Numbered from the stretch's first letter, positions 6,362 through 16,677 are shown. The stretch: DNA of 64,000 nucleotides from Gemmatimonadota bacterium (GCA_022825725.1 JAJDWE010000001.1:7243-71242); one strand, 5' to 3'. Numbers and translations: made by a program. The notes: generated from the sequence alone by a model not told the origin.

Positions 6362-8179
6362 ATGACGTCAACCCGTGACAGGAATCGCCTTCCGGGTGGA
6401 GCGGCGGGCCGAGCCGCGGTTCTGATCCTCATGGCGGGCGGGATCGCGGCCTGCGAGCGGGGGTCGGCCGAAACGGCGGACCCGGCCCCATCCAGCGACC
6501 TTTCGGCGCTCAGCGACCGCTTCTGGGACGCCTATCTCTCCTGGAACCCGCTGCAGGCGACCTATCTGGGGGAACACCGCCTCAGCGACCGCGTTCGCGA
6601 CATCTCGCCGTCCGGGCGCAACAATCGCCGCCGCGAGGTTCGTGCCCTCGCCGATGCCCTCGCCGCCATCGACCTTGCCTCGCTGCCGCCCGGGAACCGG
6701 CTGACCTATCTCGCGCTCGACCATCAGCTCTCGGCGGAGGTCGCCGAGCAGACGTGCGATCTCGAGGTGTGGGTGGTGGACCACCGCGAGGGATTCCAGC
6801 TCGACTTCCTCAACATCGTGGGCGCCCAGCCGCTCGAGACACCGGTCGACGGCGAGCGCATGATCCGGCGCTGGAACGCGTTCGCGGACTACATCGACGA
6901 CTACATCTCGAACCTTCGCACCGGTCTCGAGACGGGTCGGGTCGCGGCGCGCCCGTCGGTGAACCGCACGATCGTGCAGCTCGAAGCCCTCCTCGAACGA
7001 CCGGTGGAGGAATGGCCCATCTACGCCCCGGCGGGGACGCGGCTCGATGCATGGCCCGAGGGAACGCGCCACGACTTCCGGGCCGGGATCCGCGAGGCCG
7101 CCTCCGAGCGCATTCAGCCGGCGTATGCGAGACTCCGAGACTTCCTGCGCGACGAACTCTATCCGCACTCGCGCACGGGCGCGGAGGTCGGACTCTCCAG
7201 CCTGCCGGGCGGCAGCGACTGCTACGAGGCGATGATCCGCACCTTCACCACGCTCGAACTGACGCCGGCGGAGATCCACGCGCGCGGTCTGGCGGAGCTG
7301 GAGAGGGTCCACGAGGAACTGCGGACCCTCGGACGGAAGGCTCTCGGCGCGGCCGATCTGAAAGAGCTTCAGCAGCGGCTGCGATCGGACCCGGAGATGT
7401 ACTTCCGCTGGCCGGGCGAGATCGTGCAGCAGGCGGAGGAGGCCTACCAGCGGGCGGCCCTCGTCATGCCCGACTGGTTCGGCACGCCGCCGCAGACGGA
7501 GATGGTGATCCGTCCGATCCCGCTGTACGAAGCGCCGCAGAGCCAGCTCGCCTACTACCGCGAGCCCGCGCCGGATGGATCGCGTCCCGGCACGTACTAC
7601 GTGAACACGTACCGGCCCGAGATCCGGCCCAGGTACCAGGCCGACGTCCTGAGCTTCCATGAGGCGATTCCGGGGCACCACCTTCAGACGTCGATCGCCC
7701 AGGAGGTCGAAGGTCTGCCCGAGTTCCGGAAGCACCTCGGTTCGATCGCCTTCGTCGAGGGGTGGGGGCTGTACGCGGAGCGACTCGCCGATGAAATGGG
7801 TCTCTACGCGGATGACCTGAGCCGCATCGGCCTGGCCTCGTACGATGCCTGGCGGGCCAGCCGGCTCGTCGTCGACACCGGCATCCACGCCTTCGGCTGG
7901 ACGCGGGAGGAGGCGGTCGACTTCGTCCGCGAGAACACGCTGCTCGCCGAAGTGAACATCGAGAACGAGGTGGACCGCTACATCACTTCGCCCGCCCAGG
8001 CGCTCACCTACAAGCTGGGGCAGCTCGAGATCTCGCGGCTGCGCCGGGAGGCCGAGGCCAGGCTCGGGGAGGCGTTCTCCATCGCGGAGTTCCACGACCG
8101 GGTGCTGGAGAACGGCGCGCTGAGCCTCCCCGCGCTCGGCGACGCGATCGAGAGCTGGCTCGCCGAGACCGCCAGCTAG
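6362..8179 (+). CDS. DUF885-family lipoprotein
   Basis: The start is taken at ATG 6362, an internal Met of track ORF 5855..8179. Signal peptide with lipobox-like LMAGGIAAC. It also has a DUF885-like N-terminal pattern (WDAYLSWNPLQATYLGEHRLSDR) and the HEAIPGHHLQ motif. Confidence 0.8.
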   Translation: MTSTRDRNRLPGGAAGRAAVLILMAGGIAACERGSAETADPAPSSDLSALSDRFWDAYLSWNPLQATYLGEHRLSDRVRDISPSGRNNRRREVRALADALAAIDLASLPPGNRLTYLALDHQLSAEVAEQTCDLEVWVVDHREGFQLDFLNIVGAQPLETPVDGERMIRRWNAFADYIDDYISNLRTGLETGRVAARPSVNRTIVQLEALLERPVEEWPIYAPAGTRLDAWPEGTRHDFRAGIREAASERIQPAYARLRDFLRDELYPHSRTGAEVGLSSLPGGSDCYEAMIRTFTTLELTPAEIHARGLAELERVHEELRTLGRKALGAADLKELQQRLRSDPEMYFRWPGEIVQQAEEAYQRAALVMPDWFGTPPQTEMVIRPIPLYEAPQSQLAYYREPAPDGSRPGTYYVNTYRPEIRPRYQADVLSFHEAIPGHHLQTSIAQEVEGLPEFRKHLGSIAFVEGWGLYAERLADEMGLYADDLSRIGLASYDAWRASRLVVDTGIHAFGWTREEAVDFVRENTLLAEVNIENEVDRYITSPAQALTYKLGQLEISRLRREAEARLGEAFSIAEFHDRVLENGALSLPALGDAIESWLAETAS

Positions 8180-8243
8180 CCTCGAACCAGGAGTGCGGCG
8201 GCCGCGTTGAGGGGGTGTTGATCCGGCGCGGCACGTTCGGGTC

Positions 8244-9308
8244 ATGCGCTCTCTCGGCAGGATCCCGCGGCCCCGGGCCTTCCTGTGCCCAGGAGCGGAG
8301 CCTCGCGGCTTCGCGCTGCCCTCGGCCATGCTCACGCTGCTGCTCGTATCGCTCATGGCGGCGGGCGGTTTTCTCCTGACCTGGATCGACGGACAGTCCG
8401 CCCGCGCCTTCGCGCGTTCCACCGAGGCCTTCTACGTGGCCGAAAGCGGGCTCGCGACAGCGCTCGCGCTCGCCGAGATGCCAAACCCTTCCGTGCCGCC
8501 CCTCACGCTGGGCGTGGGAACCGCGACGGTCTCCTTCGAGCCGCTCCTCGAACTGCGGCGCGGAGAGACCGTGTACCGCGTAGAGTCCCGGGGACAGGTG
8601 GTCTACGGCGACGCAACCTTCGAACGGTCCGTGGGACAGCTTCTCTGGGTGGCCGGGCCGCCTCGGGTGCCCGGTGCGCTCGTCCTCGTGGGGAGTGCGG
8701 GCGCCATCCCTCCCAAGGGGACGATCTCGGGGCTCGATGCGTTCGGGAGCACCTGTCCGCAGCAGCCCTCGCCCGTAGCGGGCGTCGCGTACTGGGGCGG
8801 GCCGGCGCCGGCTCCGGATTCGACGTTGACGATCGCGGGGTCGCCCGCCGCACGATCGATGCCGGCCGGTGTGTCGGTAGCAGCCGAGACCGGCATCCGC
8901 TGGGCGGAGTTGCTCGCCGCGTTCGGCCCCATCCCCGACGCGACGGTGCCACCCGACACCTGGCCTGCCGCCGGCGCGGGCTCCCCCTACATCCGTATTC
9001 CCGGGTCGGGCTGGCTCGGCCCCGGTTCGAGCGGACGGGGCGCCCTGGTCGTGGAGGGGGACCTCACACTCGATGACGGCTTCGCCTGGACGGGGCTCAT
9101 CCTCGTGGGAGGCGCGCTGATCCTGAATGGGGACATCTCGGTCCAGGGAAGCGTGGCAAGCGGGCTCGCGGGGGGCGCAGGGGTCGCAGCGGACTTCGGC
9201 GGCCACCGCATCGATCTGCGCTTCAGCGCGTGCGCCGTCGCGGCGGCCGCCGAGGGGCTGACGGCGCCGGCAGCGGCGATGCCGGGCACGTGGTACGAAG
9301 TCTGGTAG
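8244..9308 (+). CDS. PilX-N-terminal-domain-like pilus assembly/minor pseudopilin-like protein
   Basis: RGFALPSAMLTLLLVSLMAAGGFLL...AFYVAESGL resembles the PilX_N hydrophobic N-terminus. The remainder is G/A/P-rich and beta-like (LVVEGDLTLDDGFAWTGLILVGGALILNGDISVQG). Confidence 0.5.
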   Translation: MRSLGRIPRPRAFLCPGAEPRGFALPSAMLTLLLVSLMAAGGFLLTWIDGQSARAFARSTEAFYVAESGLATALALAEMPNPSVPPLTLGVGTATVSFEPLLELRRGETVYRVESRGQVVYGDATFERSVGQLLWVAGPPRVPGALVLVGSAGAIPPKGTISGLDAFGSTCPQQPSPVAGVAYWGGPAPAPDSTLTIAGSPAARSMPAGVSVAAETGIRWAELLAAFGPIPDATVPPDTWPAAGAGSPYIRIPGSGWLGPGSSGRGALVVEGDLTLDDGFAWTGLILVGGALILNGDISVQGSVASGLAGGAGVAADFGGHRIDLRFSACAVAAAAEGLTAPAAAMPGTWYEVW

Positions 9309-9337
9309 CCATGCCGGCAGACGGTTGCCACGGGCTG

Positions 9338-10135
9338 CTACAGGTGGTCGCGGACGAGGCCGAGCAGGCCGTCGGGGTTGTCCACGTGCAGCCAGTGGCC
9401 GCCGGTGAGTTCGTGGAGATGTACGCGGCCGCTCAGAGCGGTCGCCCGGAGTCTCGCGAGGTCGTCCACCGAGAGCACGTCCGACCGGGCGGCCCGCACG
9501 ATGTGGGTTTCCGCCGGGGGGGCCGGCGTCTCGATGACGTCCCAGAGGTCGCGCCTGAAGTAGTCGGCGAGCAACTCTTCGACCGCGTCGGGATCCAGGC
9601 GCCACCGGTAGCCACCATCGACGAGGACGAGGTTCGTCGCCAGCCAGTGCGCGACGGGCGAGGCGAAGCCCTCGGCCTCCACCGCCGATACGGCGTAGCG
9701 CCTCGTCGCGAAGGGCCCAGGGTGTCGGCGAATCACGTCCAGCAGCCGGGCCGCCCCGCCGCCGGGCGAGCGGCGGGAGGGCGTCGCGTCGATCACCCAT
9801 GCCTGTCCCGGCGACGACGCGGCCGCCACCATCAGCGCCGCCTTGCCGCCGAAGGAGTGCCCGAGGACCGCGTCCACGGGCCGTCCCAGCGACTCGGAGA
9901 GTTCGAGCACGTCGTGCACGCACGCGGCAAGCGTGTGCGGCGGCTCGAAGCTCGGGGAGTGCCCGTGCAGCCGCAGGTCCACGAGCACGGCTCCCCACTC
10001 GGGGCGCCGGGCGACGAGTCGGCGGGCGAATGAAGCCCAGTTGCGGCCGGTGCCGTAGATGCCATGCAGTACGTAGAGCCAGCGCCGGGAACCCGCCCCC
10101 GCGACGGTGTACTGATGCAGGAATGATCGAGACAC
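9338..10135 (-). CDS. alpha/beta-fold hydrolase
   Basis: HG oxyanion region (YVLHGIYGTGRNW), nucleophile elbow GHSFGG, C-terminal GGHWLHVDNP (catalytic His region). Confidence 0.8.
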   Translation of the reverse strand: MSRSFLHQYTVAGAGSRRWLYVLHGIYGTGRNWASFARRLVARRPEWGAVLVDLRLHGHSPSFEPPHTLAACVHDVLELSESLGRPVDAVLGHSFGGKAALMVAAASSPGQAWVIDATPSRRSPGGGAARLLDVIRRHPGPFATRRYAVSAVEAEGFASPVAHWLATNLVLVDGGYRWRLDPDAVEELLADYFRRDLWDVIETPAPPAETHIVRAARSDVLSVDDLARLRATALSGRVHLHELTGGHWLHVDNPDGLLGLVRDHL

Positions 10136-10155
10136 GGAACGAAAGGTAACGGATC

Positions 10156-11166
10156 TTGAAGAATCTGTCGGCGTTCGAGCCGGCGCCGGGGCTCCGGAAT
10201 CCTCACCTGCAGACGGTGGTGGGACGGATGGTGCGCCGACGCACCGAGCCGCGGTACGAGCGGGTTCGGCTCGACACGGAAGATGGAGATTTCATCGATC
10301 TCGACCTCTGGCGGGGACCGGACACCCCGTCGGGTGCGTGCCTTCTTCTCCACGGGCTCGAAGGCAGCGCGCGCTCCGGATACATGGTGACGACGAGCGA
10401 GGCGCTGGAGGCCGCCGGCATCCAGGCCGTGGCGCTGAACTTCCGTTCGTGCAGCGGGGAGCCGAACCGCCTGCCGGGCGCCTACCACTCGGGTCGGACG
10501 GACGACATCGAGCGGGCGCTGGCCTGGATGGCGGCGCGTTACCGGGGCCTCCCGCGGACCGCGGTCGGGTTCTCGCTGGGCGGGAACGCGCTCCTCAACC
10601 TGCTCGGGCGCGAGGGTGGCGGCCGGGGTCTCGTCGCCGCAGCCGCCGTATCGGTCCCCTACGACCTCGAGGCCAGTGCCGATGCCCTGCAACGGGGGAT
10701 GGGGCGCGTGTACGGCCGGCGGTTCCTCCGCAGCCTGCGGGAGAAGGCCCGCGAGAAGGCGGCGAGGTTCCCGGACGTCGTGGCGCCCGGGGCGGCAAGG
10801 GCGCGAACGATCCGCGAGTTCGACGACCGGCTCACGGCGCCGATTCACGGCTTTCGCGACGCGGCCGACTACTACGCGCGCTGCAGCGCGAAACGTTTCG
10901 TCGACCCCGTGGCCCTTCCCATGCTCCTCGTCCACGCGCGGGATGATCCGCTCGCCCCAGGGAGTTCGGTGCCCATGGAAACGATCCGGCGACGCCCGAA
11001 CCTCTCCCTGGCACTCACGGAGAGAGGAGGACATCTCGGGTTCGTCGACCGGGGGCGCGGAAAGGTGCGGGCCGGCGCGCGGACCGGCTGGCTGGAAGAG
11101 ACCGTTTCCCGTTACATCTCGCGGGCCACGCACGGGACAACGCATCGGGTTTCCGGAGTGTTTTAA
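10156..11166 (+). CDS. YheT/ABHD1-3-like alpha/beta hydrolase
   Basis: N-terminal RNPHLQTV, LLLHGLEGS, nucleophile elbow GFSLGGN and DDPL region are typical of the COG0429 hydrolase group. TTG start as listed in the track. Confidence 0.8.
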   Translation: MKNLSAFEPAPGLRNPHLQTVVGRMVRRRTEPRYERVRLDTEDGDFIDLDLWRGPDTPSGACLLLHGLEGSARSGYMVTTSEALEAAGIQAVALNFRSCSGEPNRLPGAYHSGRTDDIERALAWMAARYRGLPRTAVGFSLGGNALLNLLGREGGGRGLVAAAAVSVPYDLEASADALQRGMGRVYGRRFLRSLREKAREKAARFPDVVAPGAARARTIREFDDRLTAPIHGFRDAADYYARCSAKRFVDPVALPMLLVHARDDPLAPGSSVPMETIRRRPNLSLALTERGGHLGFVDRGRGKVRAGARTGWLEETVSRYISRATHGTTHRVSGVF

Positions 11167-11214
11167 GTGGTTTGTACGACTATTGCCCGCAACCTTCAGG
11201 ATGGGAGTCATCTC

Positions 11215-13614
11215 ATGCGCGGATTTTCTCGAGTCGCGGCCCTTGCGGCCGCCTTCGCCTGCCTGGCCACGCCCGTCACGGGACAGGGTTTCGGACGAGG
11301 CCTCGCCGTCGCGGTGTCGTCCGACCAGGTCCTCATTGCCGAGACCGGCGGCCCGACGTCGACGGGAGCCGTCTACGTATACGAACGAGGCCAGGACGGA
11401 TGGGCCCTCTCCGCGGAACTCGCGCCCTACGCGGCGGAGGAGGGCGGCAGCTTCGGAATTTCGCTCGCGGTCGATGGCGACCGCATGCTCGTCGGCTCGC
11501 CCGGCGCGGCCCATGTCTTCGAGCGAGCCGGCAGAGGCTGGGAGGAAGCCGCAACTCTGAGGCCGGCCGACCTGCCGGAGGGTTACGTCTTCGGCGCCGG
11601 CGGGGCGATCGCGGGCGACCTCGCGCTGGTGGCGGCGCCGGGTCAGGGGGGCCGCGGGCGACCCGGTGCGGCCGGGCGCGTCTACCTCTTCGAATGGGAC
11701 GGCTCCGCGTGGAATGAAGCCGGAGTCATCGAATCGCCCGAGGCGGCCAACGGAGACGGCTTCGGCGCCGCGATGATCACCGACGGCCGGGTGGCGGCGA
11801 TCGGCGCTCCCGGAACCGCCGTGGGCAGCGTGAACCGCGCCGGCGCGGTCTTCTTCTTCACGCGGGCGGATGACGGGACCTGGGCGGCGGCGCCCGAACC
11901 CCTCACCGCGCCGGACGCGAGCGAGAACGCGGGCTTCGGGGGCGTCCTTTACGGCGAGGACACAGCGGAGGGCTTCCGGCTCGTCGTCGGAGCCCCCGGC
12001 GCCGGGGGCGTCGGCATCGCCTACACGTTCACTCCCGATGGCGATGCCTGGAGGCCCGAAGGCCGGCTCTATCCGCCGGTCGTCGCCGGGGGCGGCCGAT
12101 CCTTCGGCGGGAACTTCGCCAACGCCTTCGCGGCCGTGGGCGGAGAGATCTGGATCGGCGGGTCCGGCTCCGGTGCGGGCCGCGAGGGGCGGGTGCTTCG
12201 CTACTCGACCGACCCCGACGGCGGCGTCGAGCTCGCCGGCGCGGTCTCCGCCTCGAACCGGGCCGCGGGCGACGGCTTCGGCGGCAGCCTCGCCGCGCAG
12301 GGCGACGTCGCGGTCGTCGCGGCGAGCCGCAAGGACTACGGGATGGGGACCGCCTACATCTTCGAGCGGCGGGGCGACGAGTGGGTCGAAACCGCCGAGG
12401 TGTGGAGCGACGCGACAAACTACGCGGCGATCAACGGTCACGAGGTGGGCTGCGAGGAAGGGGTGTCGGCCGACTTCGACTGCAGCGAGGTGAACATCCT
12501 CTCCTTCATGCCGGTGCAGTCGCTCGGGGCGAACCGCGGCGTCCGCGTCAACGACGTGTGGGGCTGGACCGATCCGCAGACCGGTCGCGAGTACGCCCTC
12601 GTGGGGCTCACCGACCAGGCTTCGTTCATCGACATCACCGACTCGCAGAACCCGCGCTACATCGGGCGTCTTCCGATGACGGAGGGCGCGCGCGGCAGCG
12701 TGTGGCGGGACATCAAGGTCTTCAGCGATCATGCCTTCATCGTTTCCGACGGGGCGGGCGACCACGGGATGCAGGTGTTCGACCTCTCGCGCCTCCGAGA
12801 GGTGGGGAGCGAGCCGGTCACCTTCGAGGCGGACGCCCACTACGACGGGATCGCGTCCGCGCACAACATCGTGATCAACGAGGAGACGGGTTTCGCCTAC
12901 AGCGTGGGATCGAGCGGCGGGGGCGAGACGTGCGGTGGCGGCCTCCATATGATCGACATCAGCGAGCCGACGGAGCCGAGCTTCGCCGGCTGCTTCGGTC
13001 ACGAGGGCACGGGGCGCCGCGGCACCGGATACTCGCACGACGCGCTCTGCCTCATCTATGACGGCCCGGACCGCGAGCACGCCGGCAAGGAGATCTGCTT
13101 CGGATCGAACGAGACGGACGTCTCGATCGCCGACGTCACCGACAAGGACAATCCGATCCCCCTGTCGACGGCCACGTACGCGAACGTCGCCTACGCCCAC
13201 CAGGGCTGGGTGACGGAAGATCACCGTTTCTTCTACCTGGGAGACGAACTCGACGAACTGAGGACGCAGTTCTCGGGTACGCGGACGATGATCTTCGACA
13301 TCACCGACCTCGACGACCCCGTCCTCGTGAAGGAGCACTTCGGCGAGTCGACGGCGAGCGACCACAACATGTACGTGCTCGGCGACCTGCTCTATCAGTC
13401 GAACTACAACAGCGGACTCCGGATCCTGAACGTGAGCGACCCGGAGAATCCGGTCGAGGTCGGCTTCCTCGACACCGTGCCTCACGCGGAGGGCCCGGCG
13501 ATGGGCGGCTCGTGGAGCAACTATCCGTACTTCGCGAGCGGGACGATCATCGTGACGAGCGGGAGCGAGGGCCTGTTCATGGTGAAGTACCAGAAACCGG
13601 AGCTCGTGCCGTAA
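11215..13614 (+). CDS. secreted two-propeller protein: FG-GAP-like repeats + choice-of-anchor-B/LVIVD-type propeller (paralog A)
   Basis: Start at the Met giving signal peptide MRGFSRVAALAAAFACLATPVTGQ. About 7 repeats of FG..(L/V)A..GD.(L/V).VGAPG...GAVY(V/L)FE....W. The C-terminal 430 aa (NDVWGWTDPQTGREYALVG...HAFIVSDGAGDHGMQVFDL...GGLHMIDIS...QGWVTEDHRFFY...NYNSGLRILNVSDPENP) matches the choice-of-anchor-B family as I remember it. Confidence 0.8.
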   Translation: MRGFSRVAALAAAFACLATPVTGQGFGRGLAVAVSSDQVLIAETGGPTSTGAVYVYERGQDGWALSAELAPYAAEEGGSFGISLAVDGDRMLVGSPGAAHVFERAGRGWEEAATLRPADLPEGYVFGAGGAIAGDLALVAAPGQGGRGRPGAAGRVYLFEWDGSAWNEAGVIESPEAANGDGFGAAMITDGRVAAIGAPGTAVGSVNRAGAVFFFTRADDGTWAAAPEPLTAPDASENAGFGGVLYGEDTAEGFRLVVGAPGAGGVGIAYTFTPDGDAWRPEGRLYPPVVAGGGRSFGGNFANAFAAVGGEIWIGGSGSGAGREGRVLRYSTDPDGGVELAGAVSASNRAAGDGFGGSLAAQGDVAVVAASRKDYGMGTAYIFERRGDEWVETAEVWSDATNYAAINGHEVGCEEGVSADFDCSEVNILSFMPVQSLGANRGVRVNDVWGWTDPQTGREYALVGLTDQASFIDITDSQNPRYIGRLPMTEGARGSVWRDIKVFSDHAFIVSDGAGDHGMQVFDLSRLREVGSEPVTFEADAHYDGIASAHNIVINEETGFAYSVGSSGGGETCGGGLHMIDISEPTEPSFAGCFGHEGTGRRGTGYSHDALCLIYDGPDREHAGKEICFGSNETDVSIADVTDKDNPIPLSTATYANVAYAHQGWVTEDHRFFYLGDELDELRTQFSGTRTMIFDITDLDDPVLVKEHFGESTASDHNMYVLGDLLYQSNYNSGLRILNVSDPENPVEVGFLDTVPHAEGPAMGGSWSNYPYFASGTIIVTSGSEGLFMVKYQKPELVP

Positions 13615-14741
13615 TGGGGATCGCAGCGCTCTTGCCACGAGTTGCCGGCGCCGCGCGGTCCGGCCTCCTCGCCCTGGGGATGGCCGGACTCGTGGCCGTG
13701 CGGGCTGCCGCCGCGGTGGACGTGGCCGCCGCCTCCGCCGAAGGTCCGTTCCTCTACGTGGCGAACCAGGAGGCGGCTGCCGTGACCGTGATCGACCTCG
13801 AAACGCACGAGGTCGTCGAGGTCATCGACCTGGAGGCCATGGGGTACGGGGCGAACGCGAAACCGCACCACGTCGCGGTCGAGCCGGACGGATCGTTCTG
13901 GTACGTGTCGCTCATCGCGGCCAATCAGGTGCTCAAGTTCGACCGCGACAACGAACTCGTCGCCTCCGTCGAGTTCGAGCGGCCGGGCCTCCTCGCGCTC
14001 CACCCCTCGGAGCCGTGGCTCTTCGTCGGGCGGTCAATGGCCGCGGTGAACCCGCCGCAGCGCATCGGCCGCATCGACCGGATGTCGATGGAAGTCGAGG
14101 AATACGACGTCTTCATCCCGCGCCCGCACGCGCTGTTGGCGAGCCCCGACGGCGGGTGGGTCTACGCGGGCAGCCTGGGGGAGAACTCCGTCGTCACGGT
14201 CGAAGCGGAGAGCGGCGAGGCGGAGTTGCTCAGGCTTCCCGGTTCCGGGGCGATGCCCCACGTACTCGTGCAATACGCGATCTCCCCGGACGGCGAGACG
14301 CTCGTCGCAACAGCGGAGATGACCGCCAAGCTCCTCGTATTCGACGTCACGGAGCCGGCGGCGCCGAAGCTCGTGGGGGAGCTGGACGTGGGGGCGCGGC
14401 CGTGGCACCCGAGCTGGTCGGCGGACGGGCGCTGGATCTGGTTCGGCAACCTGGGCGCGAACGAGGTCACGCTCGTCGACACGTCCGACTGGTCCGTGGC
14501 CGCCGTGATTCGGGGCGAAGGCCTCGCCGAACCGCACGGCAGCGTGCTCTCGCCGGACGGATCCCGACTGTACGTGGCGAACCGGAACGAGACCGGCTCC
14601 TACGACTCGTCGGACCGGATGGGATACGACGCCCCGGGCGGCACGGTCGTCGTCATCGACACCGCGACCCGGGAGATCGTCGACGTCATCGAGACTCCGC
14701 CCTACGCGTCGGGCATCGGTCTCGCCTCCAGCCCGCGCTGA
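13614..14741 (+). CDS. secreted YVTN/YncE-type beta-propeller protein
   Basis: The ATG at 13614 overlaps the upstream TAA (TAATG). Signal peptide, then repeated units (LYVANQEAAAVTVIDLETHEVV, HHVAVEPDGSFWYVS, VYAGSLGENSVVTVEAESGE, LYVANRNETGS..VVVIDTATREIV) typical of YVTN repeats. Confidence 0.7.
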   Translation: MGIAALLPRVAGAARSGLLALGMAGLVAVRAAAAVDVAAASAEGPFLYVANQEAAAVTVIDLETHEVVEVIDLEAMGYGANAKPHHVAVEPDGSFWYVSLIAANQVLKFDRDNELVASVEFERPGLLALHPSEPWLFVGRSMAAVNPPQRIGRIDRMSMEVEEYDVFIPRPHALLASPDGGWVYAGSLGENSVVTVEAESGEAELLRLPGSGAMPHVLVQYAISPDGETLVATAEMTAKLLVFDVTEPAAPKLVGELDVGARPWHPSWSADGRWIWFGNLGANEVTLVDTSDWSVAAVIRGEGLAEPHGSVLSPDGSRLYVANRNETGSYDSSDRMGYDAPGGTVVVIDTATREIVDVIETPPYASGIGLASSPR

Positions 14742-14754
14742 GGGCCCCGGCGAC

Positions 14755-16677
14755 GTGAACCGCATGGCCGGACCCCAGAGCCCGCGGGCCGCGCCGGCCG
14801 CGCTGACCGCGGCACTCCTCGCGGCAGGATGCGCCTCGGGCGGCATCGGCCCGGGCGAGCTGGCGCCGGAGCGCGCAGCCGGCGACGAAACCGGATTCGT
14901 CCGCGCCGTCACCCCCTTTCCGGTGTTCGACGAATCGGGGAACGCGTACGAAATCCCCTTCCTGGGCGGCTTCAACGTCCCGCGCCCGCAGTGGGTGGAT
15001 ATCGACGGAGATGGCGACCTCGACCTCTTCGTGCAGGAGAGGACGGACCGCCTGCTGTTCTTCGAGCGCGAAGACACGCCGGACGGACGGCGCCACACCT
15101 GGCGGCCGGCTGCGTACTCGGATCTTGAGGTCGGGGAGTGGTTCCGCTTCGTCGATGTCGACGCCGACGGAGACCGGGACCTCCTCGCGGAGTCGCCCTT
15201 CAGCTACATGAAGCTCTATCGGAACACGGGCTCCGCGGGCGGCGCCGAATTCGAACTCATCGCGGACACCCTCCGCGACACGCGCGGGGAAGCGATCTTC
15301 TCGGATCGCCAGAACATTCCCAATGCGGCAGACATCGACTGCGACGGCCGCCTCGACCTCTTCATCGGTCGCCTCGTGGGGACGGTCACTCGCTACGAGG
15401 CCACCGGCGCGATCGGCGCGAACGCCTCGCCCTTCCGGCACATCACGGATCGCTTCGAGGACATCGAGATCGTCGCCGACCCGGCGGCGGCCGGGGGCGT
15501 GCCGCCCTTCGACGGGCCGGACGCGGGCGGGCCCTTCCCCACCCTGCACGGGGCGAACACGATGGCGCTCGCCGACTACGACGCGGACGGCGACACGGAC
15601 ATGTTCTGGGGCGACTTCTTCGAGGCCGGACTCCTCCTGATCGAGAACGCGGGCTCGTGCGAAGCTCCGAACCTCCGCGTGGAGCCGCGTCCCTTCCCCC
15701 TCGACGATCCGATCCGGACGAGCGGCTACAACGCCCCGACCTTCGGCGACTACGACGGCGACGGCGACCTCGATCTGCTCATGGGCGTGCTCGGCGGCGC
15801 GTACAACGCGAACACGACGACCGCCGACAACCTCATGCTCTTCTCCCAGGAGTCCGATGGCGGCTTCGAGCTTCGGACGCGCCGCTTCATCTCGCAGATC
15901 GATGTGGGCAGCGAGAGCGTGGCTTCGCTGGTGGATCTCGACGGCGACGGCGATCTCGACATGCTCCTCGGAAACAAGATCGACCCGGGGGACCTGTCGA
16001 ACTCGCGCGTCTTCCTGTTCGAGAACGAGGGGAGCGGGACGCGGCCGATCTACCGCCGGACCGGCGAGTTCGAGTTGCCGGGCGCCTACCACAACGCACC
16101 GGCCTTCGGCGACCTGGACGCGGACGGCGACCTCGACCTGCTGCTCGGCACCTGGCGCGACGAGATCCGCTACGTGCGGAACGAGGGGTCGGCCATGGAA
16201 CCCCGCCTCACTCTCGTGGACTCGGCGTTCGTCGAGATCACGCGCGGGAGCAACGCGACGCCCGCGCTCGGCGACCTCGACGGCGATGGCGATCTCGACC
16301 TCATGATCGGGGAGTCCTCGGGGGCGCTGAACTACTACGAGAACGTCGGCTCCCCCGCAGAGCCGAGCTTCGAATTCGTGAGCGACGAATACGCGGAGAT
16401 CGACATCGGCCGGCGGAGCTTCCCCAAGCTCCTCGACCACGACGGGGACGGCGACCTCGACCTCGTCGTCGGTACGGAATCCGACGGGATCCGCTACTTC
16501 CGGAACGATGGGAGTCCCGCGGCCGCGAACTTCGTTGAAGCCGACGGCGGCTTCCCCGCCCCCGAGGATCTGCCGCTGTTCGCGACGCCGGAATTCGGGG
16601 ATCTGGACGGGGACGGCGACCTCGACCTCGTCGTCGGCGCCGCAGGGGGGGGCATCTACTACTTCGAACGACGTTGA
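14755..16677 (+). CDS. FG-GAP/VCBS-repeat lipoprotein
   Basis: GTG start and lipobox-like LLAAGC. About 10 repeats carry (V/G)D(I/L/Y)D(G/A)DGDLDL followed by Y.N.G....F motifs. Confidence 0.8.
   Translation: MNRMAGPQSPRAAPAALTAALLAAGCASGGIGPGELAPERAAGDETGFVRAVTPFPVFDESGNAYEIPFLGGFNVPRPQWVDIDGDGDLDLFVQERTDRLLFFEREDTPDGRRHTWRPAAYSDLEVGEWFRFVDVDADGDRDLLAESPFSYMKLYRNTGSAGGAEFELIADTLRDTRGEAIFSDRQNIPNAADIDCDGRLDLFIGRLVGTVTRYEATGAIGANASPFRHITDRFEDIEIVADPAAAGGVPPFDGPDAGGPFPTLHGANTMALADYDADGDTDMFWGDFFEAGLLLIENAGSCEAPNLRVEPRPFPLDDPIRTSGYNAPTFGDYDGDGDLDLLMGVLGGAYNANTTTADNLMLFSQESDGGFELRTRRFISQIDVGSESVASLVDLDGDGDLDMLLGNKIDPGDLSNSRVFLFENEGSGTRPIYRRTGEFELPGAYHNAPAFGDLDADGDLDLLLGTWRDEIRYVRNEGSAMEPRLTLVDSAFVEITRGSNATPALGDLDGDGDLDLMIGESSGALNYYENVGSPAEPSFEFVSDEYAEIDIGRRSFPKLLDHDGDGDLDLVVGTESDGIRYFRNDGSPAAANFVEADGGFPAPEDLPLFATPEFGDLDGDGDLDLVVGAAGGGIYYFERR

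Noticed and set aside
9338-11166. The two alpha/beta hydrolases as the missing MenH
   Set aside because: Only generic alpha/beta-hydrolase motifs are visible. One looks YheT/ABHD-like. They lie 25 kb from the men genes on a different transcription unit, so no assignment is justified.
9832-13638. 1268-aa minus-strand ORF spanning the hydrolase genes and beta-propeller paralog A
   Set aside because: It is a shadow ORF typical of high-GC DNA, where stop codons are rare. The translation is dominated by R/A/G/P/V with no recognisable motif. The opposite strand encodes proteins with clear family signatures, signal peptides and G/C third-position bias.
14755-16677. Periodic DNA repeats (GACCTCGACGGCGACGGCGACCTCGACCTC-like units) that could be mistaken for a CRISPR or VNTR array
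   Set aside because: The spacing is irregular (about 150-200 nt). The units are in frame and encode the DxDGDGDLDL loops of FG-GAP/VCBS repeats. No cas genes are present.
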